64,000 bases of DNA, taken from assembly GCA_963699755.1 (NCBI GenBank), contig CAVOVB010000002.1:544001-608000 (forward strand). The letters are read 5' to 3'. Origin of the DNA: an uncultured delta proteobacterium. Its GTDB lineage: Bacteria > Myxococcota_A > Polyangia > Polyangiales > Houyiibacteriaceae. A model generated the notes under the pieces. It saw only the letters and a program-made list of their open reading frames with translations. It was not told the DNA's origin and did no database searches. This document shows positions 40,433 to 48,825 of this stretch, piece by piece. How positions within the stretch are numbered: position 1 is the stretch's first letter; each line of letters begins with the position of its first letter. The translations under genes were made by a program, and so were the position numbers.

Positions 40433-40461
40433 AATCTAGCGTTATCGTCGAGTGCTGTCAA
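40433..40461 (-). promoter_or_regulatory. sigma70 promoter of tRNA-Pro
   Basis: TTGACA, 17 nt, TAGATT, then GC-rich discriminator CCGCCG on the minus strand. Confidence 0.75.
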
Positions 40462-40465
40462 AGAG

Positions 40466-41791
40466 CTATCCTACATTTACCCACACATACGCCTGGTAGG
40501 CGTCCGCCCAGGCGCCTGCACCTTCGATCCAGGGACCTATCTGGACGCGGCCAGTGGGATCAATGCGCAGTGATTTCAGACCTGAAGGGCGTTCTGCTCG
40601 GGGCTCGAATCCCGGCAAGTCCGCCTGGCCCACCACCCCGGAACCCTCCGCGTCCAGCGGCGAGCAGACCGCGTAGAGGAGCGTTCCACCCGGTCGAACC
40701 AGCGGCGCGACCGATTCGAGCAGACGGCGCTGTGTCTCAGCGATCTCCACGGCGTTCCCCGGGCCGCTTCGCAGTAAAATTTCAGGCCTACGGCGCAGCG
40801 TCCCTAGGCCCGTGCAAGGGGCGTCCACGAGGACGCGGTCGAACTCGCCTTGGACCCCACCCTTCCCGACGGTCCAATCGACACAAGCGGTCTGAAGCCG
40901 CGCAGGATCGAGTCGCAGCCGCGCGAGCTCGGCAGCGATCTGCTCGAGTCGGTGTTCGTGAAGGTCGGTCGCCACGACGCTACCGGATTCGCCCACTGCT
41001 TCGACCAGCTGGGCGGTCTTGCCGCCGCGACCGGCGCAGGCATCGAGCACTCGCTCGCCGGGCTGCGCGTCCAACATGAGGCCGATCAGCTGGGCACCCT
41101 CTTCCTGCGCGGCAAACGAGCCTTCTCGGTAGCCTGGTAGCGCGCGCGGATCGCCAGCGCCACTGACTCGCAAACCTAGCGGCGATAGCGAGGTCGGCGT
41201 CACGGACGCATTGGGTTGTGCAGCAGCGAGCGCCTTGGAGACTAGGTCTCGATCGCGGTCCACGCGCACTCGCAGATCGATCGACGGGGGCTCCCGCCCA
41301 ATACGGAGAAGGTCTTCCGTCCGCTTTGCTCCGATCGAAGCATGAAGGTCGTCGCGCAACCAATCGGGGATGGCCAAAGACGAAGGAGGTTGAGGAGTGT
41401 CTGGACGATCGGCAGCAACCTTTCGAAGCACGGCATTTGCGAAACCAGCAAGTCTCTTGCCGCGTTTCATGCGCACGAGCTCCACCGCATCGTTGACTAC
41501 GGCATGCGTGGGAACACGCTCGAGGTAGAGAAGTTGGTAGACCGCGCCGAACAGCGCTGAGCGCGTCCAGTCATCGACCTTGAGTGGACCCTGAAGGTGT
41601 CGCCGGATTGCGGCTTCGAGATCGGGCGCGGTTCGAAGCGAGCCGTAGACGATCTGCGTTGCAAGCGCGACATCGGTGCGTCTGAGCGCAGCGCGACGCA
41701 CCTCCGCATCGAGGGTCGGTGTCGCCCAGGCGTCATCGTGTGCGACCCGTTCGAGCACCCGGGTTGCGATCAGTCTGGCGGGGGCCACCAC
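40466..41791 (-). CDS. rsmB: 16S rRNA m5C967 methyltransferase (NusB domain + RsmB/NOP)
   Basis: VPTHAVVNDAV, GFANAVLR, LDACAGRGGK, DAPCTGLGTLRRRPE, YAVCS. Confidence 0.92.
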   Translation of the reverse strand: MVAPARLIATRVLERVAHDDAWATPTLDAEVRRAALRRTDVALATQIVYGSLRTAPDLEAAIRRHLQGPLKVDDWTRSALFGAVYQLLYLERVPTHAVVNDAVELVRMKRGKRLAGFANAVLRKVAADRPDTPQPPSSLAIPDWLRDDLHASIGAKRTEDLLRIGREPPSIDLRVRVDRDRDLVSKALAAAQPNASVTPTSLSPLGLRVSGAGDPRALPGYREGSFAAQEEGAQLIGLMLDAQPGERVLDACAGRGGKTAQLVEAVGESGSVVATDLHEHRLEQIAAELARLRLDPARLQTACVDWTVGKGGVQGEFDRVLVDAPCTGLGTLRRRPEILLRSGPGNAVEIAETQRRLLESVAPLVRPGGTLLYAVCSPLDAEGSGVVGQADLPGFEPRAERPSGLKSLRIDPTGRVQIGPWIEGAGAWADAYQAYVWVNVG

Positions 41792-41911
41792 GGCTCAAGC
41801 TTACTCTCGTCCCCTCTGCAGGCACGGAGATTGGAGACCTCGTGAACCCCATGATACCTTAGCCTCTGTGGGTCAGAGGATGGTGCGATTAAGGGCAAGG
41901 AGGCGAGCTCG

Positions 41912-42784
41912 ATGAGCGCGCTGGTTCTCGTGGGGGACCCCGATCCCTTCAACCTGCGTTTGCTGCACGAAGCGTGCGAGGCCGCAGGCTATGATGTCGT
42001 GACTGCAGCGGATGGGCCCGAGGTGCTCGCGATGGTCGCGCGCCGGCCTCCGGACCTGCTCATGCTGGACGCGAAGATGTCTGAAATCGATGCGTTCGAG
42101 ATCCTTCGCATTCTCAAAGCCGACACCAGCCTCGTGCGTATTCCGGTTTTGCTCGTGACGGACGAAGGAGACCTCGAGGCGCGTCGTCGCGGAATCGAGC
42201 TAGGCGCTGAGGACTACCTGACGCGCCCGTACCGGGTGTTCGAGATTCAGCAACGCGTGCGCAACGTCTTGCGCGCGACTAGACGCGACCGCCTTGGTAT
42301 TCCAGAGAGCACGCCTCCGGCCGACCAGCGTGACCCGGTCACGGGCGCCGGAACCCCGTCGCAGCTCCTGATCAGCTTGGACTACGAGCACACCCGGGCA
42401 GAGCGCTACGGGCATCCCCTGAGTTGCATCGTCGTGAGGGTCGCCAACGCCACTGAGATCGCAGCTGCAAGCGATGACGGCACTGCGGATCGCGCGATGG
42501 CCCTGATCGGCAGCGGGCTCAGGTCGTGTATTCGCGCCGTCGATCATCTCTTTCGTTTGCGACGCGACGAGTTTTGCATTCTTCTACCCGAAACCGACGG
42601 CGACGGCGCAGGCTACGTGCTTCGGCGCCTGGAAGGCCAGATCGAAAGCGGAGCGCTCTGGGGCGGGGACATCACGCCGAGGCCAGAGATACAGATCGGG
42701 CTCACGAGCACACCGGAATCGAGCGTCAAGAGCGGCGACGACCTCCTGAAGCAAACCCGGCATTCGCTCTCGCGCAACGCGTAG
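41912..42784 (+). CDS. receiver + degenerate GGDEF domain protein
   Basis: REC (LLMLD, IPVLLVT, AEDYLTRP); DPVTG..RAERYGHPLS..RAVDHLFRLRRDEF. Confidence 0.85.
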   Translation: MSALVLVGDPDPFNLRLLHEACEAAGYDVVTAADGPEVLAMVARRPPDLLMLDAKMSEIDAFEILRILKADTSLVRIPVLLVTDEGDLEARRRGIELGAEDYLTRPYRVFEIQQRVRNVLRATRRDRLGIPESTPPADQRDPVTGAGTPSQLLISLDYEHTRAERYGHPLSCIVVRVANATEIAAASDDGTADRAMALIGSGLRSCIRAVDHLFRLRRDEFCILLPETDGDGAGYVLRRLEGQIESGALWGGDITPRPEIQIGLTSTPESSVKSGDDLLKQTRHSLSRNA

Positions 42785-42791
42785 AGCATGA

Positions 42792-43235
42792 CTAGAGCGC
42801 AACGGCGAAGCGTGCGACCCAGACCACCACGGCACAGCCGGCAAGCGCGAGCGCCCAGCGGTTCAGTTCGAAGCGCTGGACGACTTCGTCGAGCGACCAG
42901 CCGCGCAGGGCAGCGGCTGCTCCGAGCGGAACGCAGGCGCAGACGACGAGGAACAAGGCCAAACCGAGTGGATTTGCGCTTGCCGCCATCGACCATTGAC
43001 CGCGGATGCCATGCGCAAACGCGGTCGTCAGTCCGCATCCGGGGCACGGCGAGCCGGTGAGTGAGAGAAAGCCGCAGGGGGGCAGGCCAAGCTGGGTGTG
43101 CGTGCCGTAGCCTCGAGCATCGGGCTCGATCGCCGCGGCCACTGCCAACAGCAGGATCGATCCGGAAACGATGCTCCACCACAACAACTGCTGCAGAAGC
43201 CGCACCGAAGCGTCGTTATCGCGGGTCTCGGTCAT
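42792..43235 (-). CDS. DUF2752-family membrane protein
   Basis: GTHTQLGLPPCGF..TGSPCPGCGLTTAF..ANPLG. Confidence 0.85.
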   Translation of the reverse strand: MTETRDNDASVRLLQQLLWWSIVSGSILLLAVAAAIEPDARGYGTHTQLGLPPCGFLSLTGSPCPGCGLTTAFAHGIRGQWSMAASANPLGLALFLVVCACVPLGAAAALRGWSLDEVVQRFELNRWALALAGCAVVVWVARFAVAL

Positions 43236-43767
43236 TGCTGGGCTCGCGCCAGTCTGGGTTGCGTTGGAGCTCTCCGTCAAGTGTCGCGATGCAGGGCAGC
43301 TCGCAACAGAGCTCGCCGATCGCCTCATGCACCTCCCGGCCGATGGGATTGTCATTGCCCGCCGCGAAGTCCGCGTAGTGAGCGTGGAGGCACTTCACAC
43401 CAGCTGACGAGCCTCCGACCCCCCCAGAGGTCCGATTGCGCGCATCGGCAGGGAGCAGCGCGTCGCGTTCGCGCGCGTAGCGCTGCTGGGCAGCCATGAG
43501 GGCGCGGCGCAACTCGGGGTCGGCGTCGATCTTGGCTTGTGCGGCGCGAACCCCGCCCTGCCCTTCGAGCCGCGCGATTCGACGGCACGCCAGAGGACAG
43601 GTGAGCCAATAGCGTGTGGGAAAGGGCTCGCCGGAATCGAGAATCGGAGGGACCTCTGCAACGACGGGCAAACCGAGACTACAGCTCCGCAGAACGAGCG
43701 ATGCCGCGCGCAAAGGTCGCCCGATTTGGAGGGAGAGCACAGCGCTATCGCGTTCGCCCGTCCTCAT
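43216..43767 (-). CDS. DUF501-family protein
   Basis: QIGR, PFPTRYWLTCP, RLEGQG, GVGG..VKCLHAHYA, NPIG; ATGA overlap with the upstream gene. Confidence 0.88.
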   Translation of the reverse strand: MRTGERDSAVLSLQIGRPLRAASLVLRSCSLGLPVVAEVPPILDSGEPFPTRYWLTCPLACRRIARLEGQGGVRAAQAKIDADPELRRALMAAQQRYARERDALLPADARNRTSGGVGGSSAGVKCLHAHYADFAAGNDNPIGREVHEAIGELCCELPCIATLDGELQRNPDWREPSNDRDPR

Positions 43768-44801
43768 GAGGCGCGCATGCGGTCCTTGACCTCGGTCCAG
43801 AAATCGGACTCGCCGACGAGCTCGAGCATCATCACGGCTTCGGCCGCAGCGCGATCCGCCCTTGCCCCCGCATCTCGCAGGCGCCCACAGATGTCCTCCG
43901 CGACCGTGAGCCTCGTGGCGAGCTCGGTGCGCGCCAGGGCGAAGTCGTACTCCTCGGCCCACTTGAGCGACCAGACCTCGTCGGCGATCCAATCACCGAA
44001 AACCTGGCGGCTCGTGCGCACCTTGGGCGACCGGGCCTCGGCGCGATCGAACGCGGCGCGCCAGGGGCGCCCCGGCGGCCTTGGGCTTCGGCCGTTCTGA
44101 AGGGTTGCGATCGTGTCCCCGACCCAGGCCATGGCGACGCCAAACTGCGCGCCGTCGCGTGCGTCGATGAACTCCTGGGCTTGCTTCGCCCAAGTGCTGC
44201 CGCGAAGCTTCGGGAAAGGCTTGGCGTCCAGGATGGCAAGCAAGGGCTCACGGCTTTGAAGTCGCTTGAGGTATTCGGCTTCGATCGGCTCCCAATCGGA
44301 GAAGCTGAGGGCTTCGTTGCGGCGCAGGGGGATACGCTTGATGCGTCGATCAGCGATCGGCCGGCTGCCACCGTCGGATACCGAGGGCTCGACGTCTTCA
44401 GGGCGAATCTCCGGGCGCTCACCCATCGTGCGACAGGGGCAACGATGGTCGGTCGTGATTCGGCCGCCCACCGGCGTCGCGGTCAGCCCCAGCGGAAAGC
44501 GTCGGCAGCCATCGGGCTTGGCCTGGGGGCCGAGCTTGGCGTGTACCGAGCAACGCTGATCAGGCATCAAGAACAGGCAGCCTCCATCGGCCGCCGTATT
44601 GAGCATGTAGTCGTCCTGATCGTCGTTCCATCCTGCTGAAGCGCGATCGATGCGGCGCATGGCTGCAACCTCCTTCTTGGTGAGGGGCCCGATGGCGTGG
44701 ATGTCGGTGCAGCAGAGGCCGTCGCCGAAGCAGGTGTACCGCGCACCCGGACGAGGTAGAAGCGGTCGCACCTTGGTCTTTTTCTTTTTGTTTCCAGCCA
44801 T
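43764..44801 (-). CDS. YkgJ/FliB-like cysteine-cluster protein (paralogue B)
   Basis: YTCFGDGLCCTD, GGCLFL, RCSVH, KPDGCRRFP, HRCPCRT. Confidence 0.78.
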   Translation of the reverse strand: MAGNKKKKTKVRPLLPRPGARYTCFGDGLCCTDIHAIGPLTKKEVAAMRRIDRASAGWNDDQDDYMLNTAADGGCLFLMPDQRCSVHAKLGPQAKPDGCRRFPLGLTATPVGGRITTDHRCPCRTMGERPEIRPEDVEPSVSDGGSRPIADRRIKRIPLRRNEALSFSDWEPIEAEYLKRLQSREPLLAILDAKPFPKLRGSTWAKQAQEFIDARDGAQFGVAMAWVGDTIATLQNGRSPRPPGRPWRAAFDRAEARSPKVRTSRQVFGDWIADEVWSLKWAEEYDFALARTELATRLTVAEDICGRLRDAGARADRAAAEAVMMLELVGESDFWTEVKDRMRAS

Positions 44802-44831
44802 GAATTCGCGCGGGCTTCCTTCATCCGAGGG

Positions 44832-44853
44832 AAAAGGGGACTGCCCCCTTTTT
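44832..44853. repeat. short inverted repeat AAAAGGGG-ACTG-CCCCTTTT(TT), terminator- or REP-like
   Basis: 8-bp stem, 4-nt loop and T-run, lying between divergent genes. Confidence 0.55.
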
Positions 44854-44871
44854 CTGGGATATCATTTCGAG

Positions 44872-45393
44872 ATGAGAGCGAGTCCTTCACCGCTCGTGGG
44901 TTACAACACGAACGTGCGCCATAAGGGAAAGCTGTACCACATTCAAACCGAAGATTCGGGTGTGACACGGCCTCACGTCATCACGCAGCTTTTCGCCGAT
45001 GGCGGTCGCATCGTCGCATCGGAGAAGACTTCGTACCAGGAGCACGTCGAGTCGGAGCATCTCCCGGAGATCGTGAAACAGCTCATGCGCGAGCAACACA
45101 AGCGTGTGTTCATTGGATTGCGCGACGGCGTCTACGACGAGAAAGCTCCCTCCCGCACCGACGGCAGGGGCGAGGCAGCTCCCGCTGAGGTGAGCACCGA
45201 AGTGCTCGAGCACGCCGCGGCCCGCCTCGTCGAAGGGTCGCCACAGTATGAGCAGTTTCGCCCGAGCAGCGCGTCCGGCCAACGGATCTCGCGCGCACCG
45301 GCCGCTCCGTTCGGACACGAGCTCCTGAGCGAAAAGACGCTCGATGAAGTCATTCTGGCCTATCTCGCGCAGGACCTCGGAACAGGCACCTGA
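44872..45393 (+). CDS. conserved hypothetical protein (myxobacterial type)
   Basis: GYNTNVRHKGKLYHIQTEDSG..HVITQLF N-domain; C-terminal LSEKTLDEVILAYL; -10-like TATCAT 6 nt upstream. Confidence 0.75.
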   Translation: MRASPSPLVGYNTNVRHKGKLYHIQTEDSGVTRPHVITQLFADGGRIVASEKTSYQEHVESEHLPEIVKQLMREQHKRVFIGLRDGVYDEKAPSRTDGRGEAAPAEVSTEVLEHAAARLVEGSPQYEQFRPSSASGQRISRAPAAPFGHELLSEKTLDEVILAYLAQDLGTGT

Positions 45394-45470
45394 GATACCT
45401 CGGCTTGACACTCTTCGGGACGCGTTGTTAGCTCCTCGCCCGACGGAAGATCCGTGCGTGGCGGTCTACG

Positions 45471-45794
45471 ATGCCCGACGCAAGAACCTCATTCACCCAG
45501 AACATTCCGCGCTCGATCGAAAGCGACCTCGAGAAGGCCAAAGCCGTCGATGCGATCTTTTTATTCAGGCTCAATGGCGAGGGCGGCGGGGTCTGGACCG
45601 TCAACATGAAAGACGCGCCAGGGGTCACGGAGGGTGATTTGGGTAACGCCGAGTGCACGATCGAGCTCTCCACCGAGGACTGGAAGGCAATGACCGAGAA
45701 GCCTGGAACGGCGATGCAGTTCTTCATGCAGGGAAAGATCAAGCTCACGGGCAACGCTCTGCTCGCCACCAAGCTCCAGTCCGTGATCGGCTAG
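45471..45794 (+). CDS. SCP2 sterol/lipid-binding domain protein
   Basis: GEGGGVWTV, AECTIELS..DW, MQFFMQGKIKLTGNALLATKL. Confidence 0.9.
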   Translation: MPDARTSFTQNIPRSIESDLEKAKAVDAIFLFRLNGEGGGVWTVNMKDAPGVTEGDLGNAECTIELSTEDWKAMTEKPGTAMQFFMQGKIKLTGNALLATKLQSVIG

Positions 45795-45808
45795 CTGGTC
45801 TGGCAGCC

Positions 45809-46102
45809 ATGACCGCTCTGAAAGACCGCCTCTTCGAGCTTCTCCAGGACCCGCGCGTCAGCAGACTGATGCGGGAACCGAAGGTTCAGCAGGTCGTGGT
45901 GAAGGCGTTTCGGCTCCGCGGTCGGGCGGAAGGGGCATTGGAACGGCGAGCTCAACGAATCGCGGGCATGCTGAACCTCGCAACCCAGCGAGATCTGCGA
46001 TCGCTTCATCGACGGATTCGGCATCTCGAACAAGAGCTGCGCGAGGCGCAGGAACGAATCATCGAAGCCGAAGGTGCTCGAGAAGCTCCGGCCCATAGTT
46101 GA
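45809..46102 (+). CDS. small coiled-coil protein, phasin-like
   Basis: LNLATQRDLRSLHRRIRHLEQEL motif. Confidence 0.6.
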   Translation: MTALKDRLFELLQDPRVSRLMREPKVQQVVVKAFRLRGRAEGALERRAQRIAGMLNLATQRDLRSLHRRIRHLEQELREAQERIIEAEGAREAPAHS

Positions 46103-46556
46103 TCCCGAAATAGAACAGGGCGACGAACGGCACGATGATGCTGAGGATTGCCAAGCTCACCCCCAAGACGGCGATCGCGTAGTCCCAGGCCGTCGCCTTC
46201 GACTCGGGAGCTTCGTATTGGCGAATCAGCTCGAGGTTTCGCCGGTTCGATTTGTAGGCGAGGTCGAAAATGTCGCCCACGACTGGCAGCGCACCGGCAA
46301 GCACGTCCACCAAGATGTTCAGAACCATTCGAAGCAGGACCACGCGGGGTACCCCGCGCCGCAGCGCCAACGCCAGGAGACCGATCGATCCCACGCCGGA
46401 GACCGCATCACCAAGACCGGGAAACAGAATTCCGATGATCGGATCCAACCCAAATCGGACATCAGTGCCCGGAATGCGGAACCGGTCGTCGAGCAGCGCG
46501 ACGAGATACTCAGCCCAGCGTCTCAGCGTCGAAACTGAACGTTCCGGATCGACCAT
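46059..46556 (-). CDS. DUF4112-family membrane protein
   Basis: LLDDRFRIPGTDVRFGLDPIIG..PGLGD, RMVLN, PVVGDIFD..KSNRRN. Confidence 0.9.
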   Translation of the reverse strand: MVDPERSVSTLRRWAEYLVALLDDRFRIPGTDVRFGLDPIIGILFPGLGDAVSGVGSIGLLALALRRGVPRVVLLRMVLNILVDVLAGALPVVGDIFDLAYKSNRRNLELIRQYEAPESKATAWDYAIAVLGVSLAILSIIVPFVALFYFGINYGPELLEHLRLR

Positions 46557-46576
46557 GCCCGCACTGTAGGGCGCTG

Positions 46577-47896
46577 TCAGTCGTCCGCCAGGACCTGCTC
46601 GCCGCAGACTTCGGCGATGACTGTTCGTAGTCGCTCCCGCAAGTTAGAGCCTTTTTCGACGAAGTGATGAATGCCCAGCTGGTGAAGCAGCTGGACATCG
46701 TGCTCCTGCGCACCTGCACTGACGGAGATGATCGAGCAACTCTGCGCAAGCCCGTCGCCTCGAAGCTGCATGCAAAGCTCGACTCCATTCATGCGAGGCA
46801 TGTGCAAATCGAGCAGCATGACGTCGGGCTCTTGCTTTTGGACTTCGCTCAGGGCCTCTTCGCCGTCATGAGCAACTCGGATGTCCGTCGGTCCGAGAAT
46901 TTGCCTCACGTAAAACGCGAGAATCTTTGCGAGGTCCACATCGTCATCGACGATCAATACCGAGGGCGACTTGCTCTGGTTCTCTTTCGGATTCTCGCTG
47001 CGTGGTCGTTGATCGCGAACAGCACGCAACTGCCAAGCGACTGCCTCAGCGCTTTGGTTGCGCAGCTGCGGGTTCGGACTGAGCATTTCGTGGACGAGCT
47101 GACATAGAGCCAACGGGCAGTCGGGCCGGAGCTCTGCGAGAGCCCGGGGGTGCCCGCGCTCGTGTGACGCGATCACCTCACGAATGGTCACGCCCGCATA
47201 GGGCCGGGATTCCGTGAGCAACTCGTACGCCAGCACGCCCAGAGCAAAAATATCGACCAGATGACCACTCCCCGTCGTGGCTGTGTTCAGCAGAGCCTCC
47301 GGCGCCATGTAAGGCGGAGAGCCGGCAACTCGCTGTTTCCCGTTGACGTCGAACTCGGGCAGGACGAGCCCGAAGTCCATCAACACGACACGATGCACCG
47401 GAGTGAGCATGATGTTGTCGGGCTTGATATCTCGATGAACGAGCCCGGCACGGTGGACGACGCTCAGACCTTCCGCGGCCGGTAGCAGAATCTGCACGAC
47501 CTCGGACGGGCTGAACGGATCGCCGCTTCCCCAGCGCGTTTCGGCATGCTTGGTGAGGGACACGCCGTAGACCCGCTCCATCACCAGGTAGTCAATTCCG
47601 CGGTGCTCCCCCAGAGTGTGAACACTGACCAAGCTCGGATGCTGGAACGCAGCCAATGCCCGGGCTTCGTTTCTGAGCGGCGGGGTCAACGGATTCGGCC
47701 AGGCGGCCTTGATCGCGACCTTCCGATTGAGCAGATGGTCGTGGGCTTCGAAAACCTGCCCCATCCCACCCCTGCCAAGGAGCTTGACGATCTCATAGAC
47801 GCCAGCGAGAAGCTCACCGGTGGCGAAAATGCGGTTCTCGCTCTCCTCCTGTGGCTCGCCCGAAACGAATGCTTGTCCACCCCCGAGATCGCGCAT
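46577..47896 (-). CDS. Ser/Thr protein kinase with C-terminal receiver domain
   Basis: LGRGGMGQV, VAIK, HRDIKPDN, DFG, GSPPYMAPE; VLIVDDD..LLDLHMP..VEK. Confidence 0.93.
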   Translation of the reverse strand: MRDLGGGQAFVSGEPQEESENRIFATGELLAGVYEIVKLLGRGGMGQVFEAHDHLLNRKVAIKAAWPNPLTPPLRNEARALAAFQHPSLVSVHTLGEHRGIDYLVMERVYGVSLTKHAETRWGSGDPFSPSEVVQILLPAAEGLSVVHRAGLVHRDIKPDNIMLTPVHRVVLMDFGLVLPEFDVNGKQRVAGSPPYMAPEALLNTATTGSGHLVDIFALGVLAYELLTESRPYAGVTIREVIASHERGHPRALAELRPDCPLALCQLVHEMLSPNPQLRNQSAEAVAWQLRAVRDQRPRSENPKENQSKSPSVLIVDDDVDLAKILAFYVRQILGPTDIRVAHDGEEALSEVQKQEPDVMLLDLHMPRMNGVELCMQLRGDGLAQSCSIISVSAGAQEHDVQLLHQLGIHHFVEKGSNLRERLRTVIAEVCGEQVLADD

Positions 47897-47940
47897 ATCA
47901 GTATTTTTATACTATCACGCTGTGACTGTAAGAAACAAGC

Positions 47941-48747
47941 TCAGAGGTCGATTACCTGGATATCCAGACCATCCAGGGGTCTGCCTAGGAATCGAGACGC
48001 AGCAGCCGCAAATTGGCCTGGCAAATCGGTGACCAGGATTTTCAGGGAGCCGGCGGGCCGATCGGAGGAGCGGTCGGGGGTGAGCATCTCGGTCAGGGCT
48101 GCCGCGGTCGCCTCGGCGCTGTCCACGATGGCGACCTCATGGCCCAGCAGCTCCGCCGCGACCTCGTGGATCGTCTCGGAGAGCAAGGGGTAGTGCGTGC
48201 AGCCGAGCACGATCGTATCGACATCGACGTCGACCAGCGGTTGGAGATAGCGCCGGGCCGCGAGCCTAGGCACCTCGCCCGCTACCCAGCCTTCCTCCGC
48301 CAGCGGCACGAGCAAAGGAGCCGGCCGAGCGAACACGCTCATCTCCGGGTTTTCGCTGTGAATTGCGCGTTCGTATGCTCCTGAGGTCACCGTACCCGCA
48401 GTGGCGAGAACTCCAATGCGGCCGCTACGAGTGGCTTGCACCCCGGCACGACCGCCGGGTTGGATGACGCCAATCACTGGAATCTGGAGGCGGGCTTGGA
48501 GCTCGCCGAGCGCGACGCCACTCACGGTGTTGCAGGCGACGACCAAGAGCTTGATGTCGAAGCTCAACAGGTGCTCCGCACAGGCAATCGCATATCGGAC
48601 CACCGTTTTCGCACTGCGCGTTCCATAAGGAACCCTCGCCGTGTCGCCGAGGTAGACCAGATTCTCGGCCGGAAATGCCGCAGCAATGGCCCGGACGACA
48701 GTAAGGCCGCCCAGGCCCGAATCGAAAATGCCAATCGGCTTTGCCAC
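47941..48747 (-). CDS. murI: glutamate racemase
   Basis: IGIFDSGLGGLTV, DTARVPYG, ACNT, LGCTHYP. Confidence 0.96.
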   Translation of the reverse strand: MAKPIGIFDSGLGGLTVVRAIAAAFPAENLVYLGDTARVPYGTRSAKTVVRYAIACAEHLLSFDIKLLVVACNTVSGVALGELQARLQIPVIGVIQPGGRAGVQATRSGRIGVLATAGTVTSGAYERAIHSENPEMSVFARPAPLLVPLAEEGWVAGEVPRLAARRYLQPLVDVDVDTIVLGCTHYPLLSETIHEVAAELLGHEVAIVDSAEATAAALTEMLTPDRSSDRPAGSLKILVTDLPGQFAAAASRFLGRPLDGLDIQVIDL

Positions 48748-48825
48748 GTGCCCCGTCCGGGCCAAGGTTACACGCCCTCCCCGAAAGAGCCACAGCAGAC
48801 TCGTCTCTGGTAGGGTGCAAACGAG

